From Asterionella formosa (taxonomy: Eukaryota), in NCBI GenBank assembly GCA_002256025.1, contig NKIB01013776.1, positions 1 to 51,762 on the forward strand: a DNA stretch of 51,762 bases, written 5' to 3'. Both the position numbers and the translations under genes were made by a program. Under the pieces are notes generated by a model. The model was given only the letters and a program-made list of their open reading frames with translations. It had not been told where the DNA came from and did not search any database. Below, piece after piece: positions 36,407 through 49,601 of the stretch. The number at the start of each line of letters is the position of its first letter. The stretch's first letter is position 1.

Positions 36407-38402
36407 TTAGCCGCTGAGTTGAGTAGTACTGCTGCTAATACTACCATACAGGTTGTTGCCCCCTGGTTGGATAGGATCACCCCAAATTGGAGTGAGACAC
36501 TGGCTATTTCCAGATGTAGTCAAAGTGCTCAACTCGGATGCAATTGAGGACACGAGGGGAACATGAATCCCCAATTCGTCCTCGGGCATCAACGGATAAC
36601 GACTTTCCTTCCACCCGCCTCCACGAGATGGCGTGAACTTTATAACTGTGTGCATTGGGACTTCAATAGACATGCACTTCTCGACTGGCGAGGCACGAAA
36701 ATAAGCGATTAGGGTTTGCAAGACGCTCACATGGCTCACAACCAAGACGGGTGAGACTTGCTGCTCCACATCAATAATAACAGTTTCTAACCGATTGATT
36801 ACATCACGATAGCACTCTCCACCGGGAAATCTGCAATGACATGTGGTCAGCAACACAGCAATACTAAAATGAACAACATATGCACTCAACAATTGCATTA
36901 CCATACCTTGTAAAAAAAGGATCTTGTTCTAGCTTGGCGTACCAGTTTGAGTCCACTTCCTTGATTTCACCGAGCTCCATTCCTGCATAATCACCCTTAT
37001 CGAGGGGATTGAGATTTGAAAGAGTGTCGATCGGAAACCTATGATAGTCCCAGTCCACGGTCTCGACAGCTCTTGGCATGGTACTGGTGAAAATCCTGCA
37101 AGGAAAAGGTAACTCTTTTCCGTCAATACCAACTTCGTTCTTGAAGGATGACAGTCCTGTTCTGGAAGTTCCTGTATGGAGGCTGCGATGGTACATCGAT
37201 TCTACAGCTGCCCGCTCCATCATAAATTCATTGCCCTCCATCGCGATGAAGTTCCAAAGTTCATTTCGAAACGACTGGCCAGTTGGACCAAGGCTATTGT
37301 TCCTGTTCGAAAGCTTTCTTGTGTGCACTGTCAAATCCATGTCTCCAACTTTAGCAACATAGTCTTCTTCATCTGTTTTCACATTACTTGGCACCTTGCC
37401 GGGTCTACAAAGGAATACAGGCCTGGTACCTACATTCCAAGCCATTAATGCAGGCACAATGAGTTTGGCCATTCGACCGTAGATATGATTGACCATGAGT
37501 TTCGTCGAAAGGTTGAAGATTTTGATGTACGACTGACTTTCGTCAGTTATTGTTTCATACTGCTCTTCGTACTTTTGAACGCGAACCATGAGATCTGCCA
37601 TTGCGTCGTCTATGTTCATATCTTTGTAATCCGGACTACTTTCCACTTTGAATTTGTAGTTTTCGCGCAGCAAATCGATATCATCACAAATAGACTCAAC
37701 AAAAACCACACCTGTTGGCTTTCCCGCACGTTTCGAGGGATGCGTACACTGATCTAAGATCCAAGCTCGTCTCTTCGCCGTAGAATTGGTTGCATCAAAA
37801 ATTGCAATCCGGTCCGAATTATGCTGCCCTTCCCTGGACCAATCCGCATTCGAGGCAGATGTCGAAACGCTTTCAGCGTCTTCGTCTTCTCCATCCAGCC
37901 ATTTCAGCATATCTATAAGTGCCATTTCTGCAACTTTCTCCCTCAAAGTCGCTGCACTTACGTTGTTTGCGTCGAAAAAGTCGGCGTTGCAGGCTCCACT
38001 TTCGGCTCGCCCATCATCTGGAGACTTTGTGGCTAGCTCCGCTGCTGCTTCTCTTCGATATTTTCCCACATTAAAGACCTTGGTTTGTATTGTTCTCCAT
38101 GTTAGAAAGGACAGAAGTTTGCGGGCAACAAAGCTTTTCCCCCTGGCTGGCAGACCAACCAAGGCAATAACCAGTCTTTTGGAATTACCAGTCAGGTTGT
38201 TCCTCTGAATCAAAAGGGCAGAGGATCAGATTCGAATACAGGGCAACATGCTTCATTGAGCATTAGCAACGTATCTTGTGACCAAATCTGATGGGGAGCC
38301 CAAACTCACCTTGGTTAGCTTTCGAAGCGTCAACGGTGTCACTTGTGCTGCTTCTTCGTTTCCCGCTGTGTAGTAGGAGCTATTGGCGTCTCCGGTTGCC
38401 AT
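36407..38402 (-). CDS. 6-phosphofructo-2-kinase/fructose-2,6-bisphosphatase, 3 exons, ~604 aa
   Basis: ATG at 38402; introns at 38205-38309 and 36831-36906 keep the frame (1815 nt). Kinase motifs LVGLPARGKS, FNVGKYRR, IFDATNST, VFVESIC and SYIKI. Phosphatase-domain motifs R.PGGE.Y.DV..RLE and VLVVSH. Confidence 0.95.
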
Positions 38403-39918
38403 GGAGAAGTGTTAAGGATGAGAATGCCTGGTGTGTGCTGACGTGATGAAAACGCTCAATGTTGCGGCGAGGATAAAATGATTCTTCAAATATGTGCCAG
38501 AAAAAAAGGTTCTTTCCTGGTTGGAAGTATGTTGTTGTTTCGGTAGTACGTACTGTTGTCCTTTCGTCATATCATCCAATGTATCGGTCTATCGTACTGT
38601 ACTTTCATGTAAACCAAGTACCGGTGGCACCTTGTACAAACTATAGTAGATATCAAATGTGTGGTTTACATACCGGGATTTGTATGACGTTGTGGACCCT
38701 GTTACATACCTGTATCATGTTGGAGCAATAAAAGCTCAAACTGAAAGGTCGGAAGTTGGAGATTCAAATTCTTCAATCTTTTGGGTGTTTTCGATTCTAT
38801 GATATATTACCGGTACCAGGTAGTATGGATGTGCTAATGTATGTATTCCGTTATGGAGTACAGAATGATTGTTCTACATAAATTGTATGTGTAAATCGTC
38901 ATTCCGGTATATAAACCATATACCGCGATTTAATTTTGTAGATGTATGTATGGCTATAGGCTGAATTGAACAGCTTCGTACTCCTTCCCACATGAGGCTA
39001 TCTTATCTCCTTACGTAAAACGTACCTGTTGTAGTGCTAGTATTTATACCTATTGTTGCTAGCCTTTTCGTAGTTTTCGCTATTGACCTCTCTCTGTCAA
39101 TTCTCACTGTTTCTTAAAATAATAAGCGTACAGTACTCTAATAACATAGTTTCAATCCCATTCATCACAATTTGAGAACCTGTTGTTCGTGTTCCCTTTT
39201 CGCTGCTGTGGAAACCTTATTCTGATTGATCTGAAACATCAATCTCGTTAGCTACTGGTGGTTTCTTGACATTGGAATGCTCTTTTAGATTCATTGGACT
39301 ATAATCGAGTCCACAATTCTCGTGACTCATATTAGCCATTGATACTACGGTACTTGTATATTCTTGACATGCTTGCACAATATTCAAAATAATGATAAAT
39401 GTACAGTAGTAAGCTAAATGTAACAAATGTATGCCTGTACCGGGTGGTCTCCATGAGGACAAACATACAAGAAGCAATGTACCGACTGGTTCATAGGTTT
39501 GTCACGAGTAGCATCTCGAGATAGAGTCGGCTCCAGAGATCTCTGTCTTATCTTTTCGGTATAGCTATCAGCTCTCAAATAGTCTGGGTCAAAGGCCTAC
39601 GGCGTCACTCGATCTAGCCATAGGCTGAAATAAACATTCAGAGCTAGAATAAAGAGCATAACTGTATTTTTCTCGAGCACATCGCAAGCCCATTGCCAAA
39701 GCATCTTTCCCGCAGCTAGTGAGATGGGGACTATACAAACAGGACAACAAATCAACACTATCAATGAATTAAATTGCTACAGTGCAGAATAGACCTATCA
39801 ATCTCTCCAATAGGATACTTTGTCAAACTATGTCATAAGTAAGTTGCATTCACAACAACTCTACTAAATGCTTATTACACTAGATCGATCGCCTGATTGT
39901 AAGACATCTGCTTGGTGT

Positions 39919-41480
39919 TCACTTCTTGGCAGAGTTCATAGCAAGAGAATATAGGAGCGTTCCAAAGATGGCAATAGACGATCCAACAATGCTTCCTGTG
40001 CTCATTGGAGTTTTGAAGGCAATGACGGAAGCAACGATGATGACAACACGCTTAATGGTGTTTCCAACAGCATGGGTGACGGGATTGACCTATGGAAGGA
40101 AAGTGATTGGATGTGTTAGAAATAGACACAAACAATTTCAAAGAAATTTGAAGTATTTATGGCAAAACACATACCTTTCCGAGGGCAAGGAAGGCAACCT
40201 CGTTGTACGCATAGTAAGAAGCACCACCAAGTGCAAGAAGTGTTGAAAGGGACTTGGTAGTGTACTGGCCTGCCTTAACAAGGTCACCAAAAGCCTTGAA
40301 CATGCCGGTACCCTCAATTGCAAGAGCTGTAGGGATGAGCATCAAGGCGGACATTGCAGTCAAGACAGCGTAAAGGTTCTGGGCATCAAGGTTTTCGCCG
40401 ATCTTCTTTCCAGACATCGTTTTCTTGGAAAGAACGCCGCGGGCCGCAGAGGAAACATTAGAGAGCATTGCAGCTGCGAGAGCTAGAACCGTAAATGAGA
40501 GTTCCTTCATGGAGGCGATAGCAACTCCTCCAATAATTGGGAGAAGAGTCAAGTAAACTTTAGTGGGGAGGATCTGTCCAAGGAGAAGGGCATTAAGTCC
40601 ACAGGTAACGACAGGCTCCGAAGCCTTGACAATGTGAGCAAACGACACGGCTCCTGCACCGAGAGCAATGACAGCTCCGACGTGGACACCAGTATGGCAA
40701 AGGGCAATAGGGATAAGGGTTTTGATGTCATCCATACTGAGCTTGGGTGCCTTGCGAAGGCCAGTGAGCCACAAGGGGACAAAGTAAAAAACTCCAGCAA
40801 CCATCTGAATGGTCGCGACAGTCCAAGGGAAGGCAAGCGCGTTCAAGGATTGCTTGTTATAAATATTGTAGGCAATGTTGAACAGGTACCAAAGGGCGAA
40901 ATACATGCCGACTTGAAGAGTCTCGCCCAAACCGCCCTTTGGTTCATCAGCTTTTGCAGCAACTGCACCTCCAGCAGAAGAAAGGGCAAGAGAAGTAGAA
41001 CTCTTCACGTCACTCCTAAGAAAATGGAAGAGCAAGGTTAAGAAAGCATGAGAAAACTTATATTCTTTGTTTAATACTGAGATAATATGAATAGAATCTA
41101 GGAAGTTGTTGGTCGGATCTTCTGTTCGAGAATCGAGAACACAAAACCATCTTCCGGTCAGGTCTCGCTTGCACTTGTTATAGACGGTACTGAACAAAGA
41201 AAAATTGCAATTCAGAGGCGTTGAAACAAATGCTAAGGCATTCATGTTTTACTTTTGCTCCTCAGTTTGTACAACAACGCTACACGTCAACAGATTCGCC
41301 CAATACGCGCCGATGGACTGACATCTCCGAAGGAACTCACTTTGAAAAAGGAAGGCGAGGTCCGTTCTTGACGACATTCGTGCTGACAATACTCTTGACA
41401 GCAGGACCAGGAATGAAGGCACTGGCGGTAACACCAGTGGCGGCCAAGGCCAAGACGAGTAAAGCTTTCTTCATCATCAT
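39919..41480 (-). CDS. tpt: Plastid triose-phosphate/phosphate translocator, 3 exons, ~383 aa
   Basis: Presequence MMMKKALLVLALAATGVTASA-FIP (ASAFAP). Introns at 41016-41340 and 40090-40174 are in frame (1152 nt). Motifs YFALWYLFNIAYNIYNK, AVSFAHIVKASEP, YNEVAFLAL.KVNPVTHAVGNTIKRV. Confidence 0.95.
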
Positions 41481-41639
41481 GGCTTTTGGGTGCAAGGTTC
41501 AAAGTCTGAAGTTGGGTATCATTACACTTCAGCGGACAACACGACGTCAACATGTGAATGCCGTGCGTGGCGAAATTGCCGCCGAGACAAACGTACGTGA
41601 AACATAAACCGATCCATTCGACTTCGACTTTTACGCAAA

Positions 41640-42135
41640 ACGGGGGTACCAAGTACGAGGTACCGCCTGGTACCTGGTACCAGTTACTCTGTGTGGTCAT
41701 CATGTACTCACAATGTGTTAGTAGAACCTACGAGAGATCCCATAATGTATCAGGACAGCAGTCTTGACATATATACCAGAACATAAATACTTAAACATGT
41801 ATTCCTACATACTGAACAGTAGACTACCTGGTACCGGTACCGGTATGTACATGGAAGACCTCACATACTGATGGTACCAGGTACCTCGTACCAAGAACCT
41901 CCGGTATACTATACTACAATACTACTACGAATGGGTACCCGAGAAAGAATCGACTACCGGTAGAAGCGGAATCCTTTAAGGCCATACGTGTTGTCGTAGT
42001 CTTGTGCTGCATTGGTGTAGGTTTACTATAGCACCTTCGACAAAGCTCGCTATATGTACGTGTATCGACTGGGTACCTGGAAGTCTACTGGTACCTGGTA
42101 CATGTAGAGTCGAAGCTATGTAGTGCAGTGGTACC
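41640..42135. repeat. GGTACC-rich tract upstream of the translocator gene
   Basis: cctggtacctggtaccag, cctggtaccggtaccggta, ggtaccaggtacc and similar. Confidence 0.75.
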
Positions 42136-42465
42136 ATAGTTAAGTAAGCACTTTCGACAAAACTCGTGATATATGATAATTGTATATAATATCTAGCCGT
42201 AGCTATGTAGAGCACTAGTAAACTAGCACCTTTGACAAATCTCGCTATATCTACTGCCTTGTATAGAGTGGGTAATACCATCACCTCTAATAGTTTTGTC
42301 ATGGAATGAAATCCCTTTGTTGTACCTCAGTTATCTAGTAATATGCATGTTAACATGCAAACCATGGAACTACTAGTAGATAAAATAGAAAATAACAATT
42401 GAAGTAGTAAACATGCAATGTAAATACTAAAGTGATTGCAAATTTTAAGATTTAAATGAAATTAT

Positions 42466-42757
42466 CTAAACACACAGCAGTGAGTGCCCACCAGTGCAAC
42501 AATCTTGTATCAGATGCATGAGTATGTATGACACTATTTGGTCTTGGCCATATGGCTCATAAATTCGGTCTATTGCTGTGTTTGCAGGAGTATAGCCAGC
42601 ATGAAATAGCATTGCCACTGTCTCCCACAGAACTTTGCACCAGCAGTAAATGAATTTCACTCTACTACTCCTTTCAACCCTTGTAAATAGCCTTGCTGGC
42701 TTTTCCCCTCCAATCCCAACCTCCCATTCCTGTGAAAGAACAACTAGAGTCGTTTTG
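42466..42757 (-). mobile_element. GCR1_C-domain remnant, likely the 3' end of a Crypton-type element
   Basis: Open frame L.QEWEVGIGGEKPARLFTRVER..VKFIY...KVLWETV..L..AG.T...AIDRIY..YG.......GGH.LL, the typical GCR1_C pattern. No N-terminal part is present. Confidence 0.65.
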
Positions 42758-44027
42758 GTGTCTTACTACTATTGTAGTCTGGATCAACAGCCATTTGGCT
42801 CTCCAAATCGTTTCGTTTTGGATTAAAGTACTGAAAGACTATTTAGTTTTAAGCAAATGATGGACTCAACTTTAAGCAAGACATTTTTAAGCAATATTTT
42901 GCTTAAACTTTGCAGACATGCATGGCTGCACAGTCCTTAATTCATATGTATATGGCTGTATGTGTCGCTACAGAAGGAAAGAGATTTACCAGCATTGGTC
43001 TACCAGTATATCAACAATACTATGATGGTAATAACAGTGGATCGCAACGTGTAGCAATATTTCATAATGGTTTTCTGCACTCCTGTGAGCACTCCCATCT
43101 ATGCTGCATAAAGGGGCTGCCAAACATTCACGATACGGTATTACTAGTAGTTTTGACAGCATGTTTGACATTTGTCAGCTTTCACCACTATACAACTTGC
43201 CAATTCATAATCAATCAGTTCTCAGTCGATAAATGACTTTTTTAACATCTGTTGCTCCAATTATTCATGTTATTGACGTAGTCGTAGTCTTATTTGTTGT
43301 GTAATTACTGTAAAAGTGCCAAAGCTCCTCGTAACATGTCATTTTAAAAATTGTGCATCACTGGTTTACTTGAAAAATGTGCCATCAGCGACTTCAATTT
43401 AGGTTGTCAATATCAGTGTAATTAGCATAATTGTTTTGATTGTATTGTCGATGGTGTCGTTATTGTACATGTCAAAAATAGTCGTTCTGATTTTTCATTA
43501 AGTTATTTGTTATCTTTGTCGTGGTCAAAACTGAGACAACAGTAGGCAATATTCTCTCACCAGCCGTTCAGAATGACTACACTGTAGTGTTTAAAATAGA
43601 GAAAAAGCATAATCTAAGCTAAATAAATACATTCTAGTGCCTATGTGGGCTGCCTCGGGGACCCTGTACATGAATTCATCACAAGGCAAGGTGTATGATA
43701 TACTACATGTTTCATGGGAAATGCATTGGTTACTTCACCTTATGTTTACCGGTATGTTGTATCATTAACTACAGTGTTATGTATTTATGTGGCTGTGATG
43801 GTATTTGGTTTGACATGATGACATCACACATGAAGGGAAATTGATACTTTAAGCAAATGCACTTCAAGCAAACCGGTCAAACGTTAAGCAAATCCTACTA
43901 GCTAGCTATGGTACCAACTGGCAGAATAAGTAAAAGATAGCGTCTGTGAATATATTTTCCATAAGATCTAACGTTTTACTCAGCATAAGTTTAAAAAAAC
44001 TGATTGATTATTCAAATATTTTGATAG

Positions 44028-44391
44028 GTTGATGATAATTTTGATATATCAACGGCCATATCTGTATGATCAATCAAATTTGTTCATTAGGTTACTAGCA
44101 TACACATGTTAGGTTATGCGTATATAAGAACTCGTATATATTAGTTACCAAATCTAATCGGTTATTCCAAATTGTTGATGTATTGATCAAATGTTGCTGT
44201 GTAAAGTTGATGATGTTATGTTGATGACAATTTTGATATATCAATGACCGTGTCAGTGTGGTCAATCAAATTTGTTTGTCAGATTACTTTCTTACACACG
44301 TCAGGTTACGCATAGATAGAAGGCATATATATTGGTTATCAAATTTAATCTGCTAACCAAATGCTTTGATATATTGATACGTTGTTTGTGT
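44028..44391. repeat. ~192-bp diverged tandem duplication
   Basis: gttgatga.aattttgatatatcaa...tcaatcaaatttgtt... at 44028 and 44220. Confidence 0.85.
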
Positions 44392-45392
44392 GATCAATAG
44401 CTGTTGCTCTTTGATCAATTATTGTTTTTGCGAAGGTTATGACTTAACACAGATCACCTTATGTGTATGTAAACCTTGTACCCAACGATGCTATCAGAAT
44501 GAATTCTGTGCAACAACGGTGCGTTCCTTGTTGCCATTCCGATTTGAATGCTCTACCGGTACATGCTTTGATCCAATTCTTGTACCGGTAGTATTCGTCA
44601 TTATCTCTCCATTCGCATATCAGTAATCGAATTTCTTATAAGCCATGTGCGTTCGTCAAATCCCTTACGAGCTACCTTCTTGCGGGGACGACGATGATCT
44701 CAGTCTTATGACGAATGATATGGTCTCGATATTGGTGGGGAATTATGCTGGCGGAGTTTGATTGCTTGTTTGTTACTCGAAATCAAAAGCTTTGGTCAAT
44801 TTATACGACAGAATTGGAGAACGATGCATTGAAGGCCATACCCGATTCCAATTCCAACCGAAATCAAGAAGATAGTACCTTTTGATCATAATTCGCCCAT
44901 TGCGAACATTGATCCGTATTTCGAATCTGTTCTTCAAGATGAGATGTGGATCAAAGTGAAGATGGAACAGATGGCGGCGCAGTTTGTTGCTCATGGCCTT
45001 AATCATGGGTCTTTCATTCTCGTTGACTAGCTATTGTTGAGCACATTTTTATGCTGCAGAATTAGAGCTGCAACATCACTAATCAGAGAGTAGTAGCATC
45101 ACATGAACCTTGAATAGCAGGGGGTTCGAAATAACAATCGTACATTTGCTTAATAACATTGTACTATCCCATTGTTTTAAGAAATCTCTTTATCGGCAAC
45201 ATCAGAGGCACTACATAGGACAGCCTAACCACATTGCCACACACATAGTTTCCACAAAGTGACCGCTATATTTATATAGCTTATATATATAAGTAGTGTA
45301 GCTTGTCCCACACATATGTTCTTGCCACTTCAAAGAAGTGTAAAATATTTATGAGGGTACGAGAACCTTTATTCAATTAATAGCTGATTCCA

Positions 45393-46725
45393 ATGTCGTA
45401 CAGCAACAATGGTTGTCGAAATGAGTCCAATGATGTTGATAAACTTCTTCGTTATTGGGGCGTTTCAAATGATCCCTGTATTTTTACTAATATTGTTGGT
45501 GCTGGTATTGATACAGAAGAAAAAAGGAACAAGCTTCTGTGCACCATTAAGGCCGTATTTGAGAAGCATCGCCAAAATTGGGAAACTTTTTTCCTGACAA
45601 GCCGATGGAATTATTCATTCCTGTCAAACCAAATAAAGATCATCGACGTCGTGTATTCTCCATTTATGCATTGACACAGGCGAGTGAAAACGAAATGTTG
45701 ACGCCAGTTCATCTTCTCCCAATACCATTCCAAGAAGTAAAGATTATGTTGCTTGTATGCCCATGGTAGATCTTGTTTCTACTTCCTCAGAGCGTCTAAT
45801 TGAGTCTATTGAATCTGATAGACTTGATATGATAAAATCTCCCCCTTCCAAAGCAAAAGCAAAATTTAAATAATAGGCAACTCCAGACATGGTTGCCAAT
45901 CCGGAAGAAGAAGTCCATGACTTGTCACCAACGAGTTCCGAAATTGTATGAGTGATTGGGAAAGTAAATAAAAAAACAGGTCCAGGAGGAAAGTGATTTG
46001 TCCCATTTATCTAGTAAAGAGTTAGAAATATTGAAACAGGACATGGTCGTCAGTCTGGATGTAATTCATGACTTCTTACCAAAGATTTCCGAAACTGTTG
46101 CAGTCACTGGGACAGTAATTGAGCAGGTCAAGGAGATAAGTGATTGATCCTATAATGATAAATCATTATTGAAATTATTTGATGAAGGAATTCATAAATA
46201 TTTATGCGAAAGAGCGAGGAGAAGTGAAGAAACACATCAATTACTTGTATCGAAAAAATCGATAAAGGGAAAGATTGCAGCTGCTGTTTCGGGATATGGC
46301 AACAAATTGGAATGTTTCAACAATCACCTTTATAGTGTTTCACCCTCTTTTTTGTGGAAAGCGTGTCCCGCCCATTCTGCGTGAATTGCCAAGTATTTGA
46401 TATACCTTTTCGGTTCCCACTTCCGTTGGTGGGTCCGGAGTCTCATAAGCTTTACTACAATACATACTCTCGCTCCCCCTCAGAAGTACGTCAATATTGC
46501 AGGAATGAGTATTCCCTTAAATTTTCAGAGAAGCAGTAAAGGGACAATCTTATTGAACTGGACAATTGTGCATATTGGTATATTGAAAATGTGACCGCCA
46601 TTGTGAAGGTCATTGTTCATGAACTGCATCCCTCAAACATTCATGTAATTGTTGAATCTCAAGACAGAAATGATTGGAATACTGAACATCCTTATCCATC
46701 TTCTAGATGTGCATTGGTGAATCTC
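45393..46725 (+). pseudogene. Fragmented ORF(s) of unknown function converging on the transposase remnant
   Basis: A chain of + strand ORF fragments (45393, 45578, 46169, 46354, 46591) broken by stops and frameshifts. Confidence 0.4.
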
Positions 46726-46729
46726 GCTA

Positions 46730-47710
46730 ATGGATGTTCAGAATGTTTCTGCATTTTGTCAATTGTGGATTCATCACTGAAAAGTCCAATTCCTACAAAC
46801 AGGTGGCCGGCTTTTAGTTACCCATCCTCTGAAGCGTGGGATTCATTAAAAGCTGAGTGAAACCATTCTGCAGAAGTAGTTTCATCGAAAATGCGTTTTC
46901 CGCAAGTTGTGAATTTCTCTTGCGGGCAGTACAAAAAATGTTTCATCACGTCAGGATCTTGTAGCATGGAACCCAGTAACCCAACAGGATCGAAATAATG
47001 CAGAGTGCAGGGTAGTTGAAATCCTAAATTAGGTTCACTTTGCCATTGTTTTACCAAAAACTTCCCCCCTGTAAGAGACGGAGGAAATGATGTATTCAAA
47101 TTTTTTTAAATGTCTGATGGGAATAGCCATCATCACAAGCCTTGAAAGCCCAATTCATAATATGATCAAAGTAGGATGGTGGCAAGAAATGTTCGTTGAT
47201 AAATAATGTTAGCTCTAACTCGATTGGGTCCATTGCTAATGTTTCTCTACTGGGAATAGACAAGTTGTATTGCAGAGGAATATGCTTTGATTGATGCAAT
47301 AAAAGTCCTTCTTTTTTCCTTGTTTTCAAAATACTGTATGTTTTTCCGGATATCGATTCAAACTGTATAGTCTCTTCTCGGTCCTCTGTCGAGATAATAT
47401 CATCATCATCTTGGAAGCTATTATTTGCTTCGGGGAAAGAAACATCACCGGCTGGTTGCTGAATGCCTTCCAATGTTTGTCTGCTCGTGAAAAGGTGTTC
47501 AGAGGGAGTTTTGAAACAGAATTCCGACGATGCAACGATCGACGGATCTAGCTGGTGTTCTTGATAACTAACACGACACCAACCAATTGGTACAAAAGAA
47601 CGATTCGAGCAAATATTGTGATGCAATCTCGGTGGTTTCCGATTTTTTCTCACTTTGTAGCCACATAGTGGACACCAGTTATAGATCCTTCGTGTAGGAC
47701 CTGATAACAT
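46730..47710 (-). mobile_element. Plavaka-like transposase pseudogene (N-terminal half)
   Basis: ATG at 47710 and an N-terminal CPLC...HH..C Zn-finger-like motif. Then LP.SYFD.IMNWA and YFDPV..L.SML.DP.VM...G.RIFDE...AEWF..A, then (after a stop) LFVGIGLFSDESTIDK..KHSEHP. One frameshift at ~47097, one stop at 46818, truncated after SEHP. Confidence 0.7.
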
Positions 47711-47929
47711 TTGTCAACCAATACCATCAGTCATCGAATGAAATGACTTTGTCTTCACTTGTAACTAAGTTTCATGATGATACGCATTGGGACCAACTAA
47801 ACATTCATGTTAGAATACTGTATAATTTGTCGGTACTCTCGAACAGTAGGTTTGCCCAACCAGTATTGCGGTATTCCTCAAGCCATTGATGAATTTCTTA
47901 CGTTTTTGACGGTTACTTTACGGCCGCTA

Positions 47930-49425
47930 CTAACCGTGGACACAAACCAAAACACAAAAACTTATTTTTGGATTGGTTTTTATGAAATTAGATCTTAAGT
48001 TAGACCACACTGTTCCGTCATGTTGCAATAAGAATGATGAGAATTTGTGGTTACGACCACATTTTGATCCATCAGTGTGTATGTTGTCATCCTGTCGTTT
48101 CAGTTCGGCGACGTAGTGTCCATTTCTTTGCTTTATGCTGGCGACAAATAGAAATGAATCCATAGAGCACCATTTTTTAAACTATTATCCAAATCTNNNN
48201 NNNNNNNNNNNNNNNNNNNNNNNNNNNNNNNNNNNNNNNNNNNNNNNNNNNNNNNNNNNNNNNNNNNNNNNNNNNNNNNNNNNNNNNNNNNNNNNNNNNN
48301 NNNNNNNNNNNNNNNNNNNNNNNNNNNNNNNNNNNNNNNNNNNNNNNNNNNNNNNNNNNNCTTTGAACGGTATGGACAAATGTATTGCATGTTTCTCATC
48401 CACACAATTATCCCATATATTTAAACAGTTCCCTCCTAAAGACAAGGACATAATCATTCCACAAGGCATAGGAGTGTCCTTTTTTGCATTCTGTTGGTGT
48501 ATAATCTTTGTGTGGTTTATGAGGCTTTGGGTAGTCATTCTTTCCAGAATTGTTGAACAACATAGTGGCAGTGTGCGGTATAATTCTGTCGCTATTGCCA
48601 GAGACATCATCGGAACCTGCTATTAACAAGCACTTTATCATATGCCAAAATGTTTTCACATTTGGCAGATCCAGCTTTGAATATTTTAAGCTGTCAGTAT
48701 AATTCTTGAAAGGAAACACTTGCATGGCTTTTCCTTCAAAAGTATTTGCAAGTGCTTGCAGTTGTTTTGAATGTTTGTTTCAACTAACGAATAGGAGGGT
48801 TATAGATTTTCTCGGAAGTACAAAAAGATTTCGCCACATGTAAAACTGGATTAATTTTTCCTTCTATTCCAAAAAACTCATCTGGAAGGAAAGATAGATT
48901 GAGGAAAAACCCGCGTTCTTGTTCAATTCCGTCTATAACATAAAGGAAGTTATCGGTTCTCAGAACTGTTTTGATTAACCGTAATGAATCAGTGATGAAC
49001 CATTGGAAATCGTCTATTTCTGCTGCATTTGGTGGCATGTTGTTGTGTTTCTGATGTAGTTTAAAATCTCAAGGAAAGTGAGTTTTCCATAAAATCATCG
49101 CTGGTCCTATATGTTTCCGAAATTTCCTTGAAGTTTCAAATGATGTTTTGTTAAACAAGCCAGACTTTAGGACAACATAGAATTTGATGAGAACAAAATC
49201 CAGGACACTGTCATCTAGTCTTGTCTCCTTGCCTTTGTCATCATGATCAAAGTATCTAACCATTAAGAGTCGTTCCTTACTCTTCCATTGTCTCTTGAAC
49301 ATACATGAAATACGCCATAGAAACAGGTTTTTCCTGATTGAAAAATCTGCGATTGGTATCCCCTTCACAACCAAGATCGTTCCATTCCTTGTAGCACTCG
49401 GAACGTTTGCCATTCCAGATAACAA
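47930..49425 (-). pseudogene. Decayed 2OG-Fe(II) dioxygenase-like gene
   Basis: TMLFN....PHKPHKDY (HxD). After a frameshift comes PCGMIMSLSLGG.CLNIW....HLSIPF, then the N-gap, then NGAL(W)IHFYL. This is the strand order expected for the DSBH fold; the distal His would fall inside the gap. Confidence 0.55.
48197..48360. other. Assembly gap (164 N)
   Basis: Run of n. Confidence 1.
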
Positions 49426-49601
49426 GTGATATATTGCACTATCGACAGTGTGTGAATGTCAAGTTGTTGAGAGAAACGTGACTGTAACAGAACAAGGAAG
49501 CAGAAAGGGATAATGGTCTGTCAACTATAGGATTAGACAGAGGGCGAGTGCTGGATCGGAAGTGATGCAGCACCGACAATACTCAGTAATAGACATTAGA
49601 T

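Noticed and set aside
37078..38208. Antisense ORFs over PFK-2 (likewise over DXR, TPT and Kelch-BTB)
   Set aside because: Shadow ORFs of real genes on the opposite strand.
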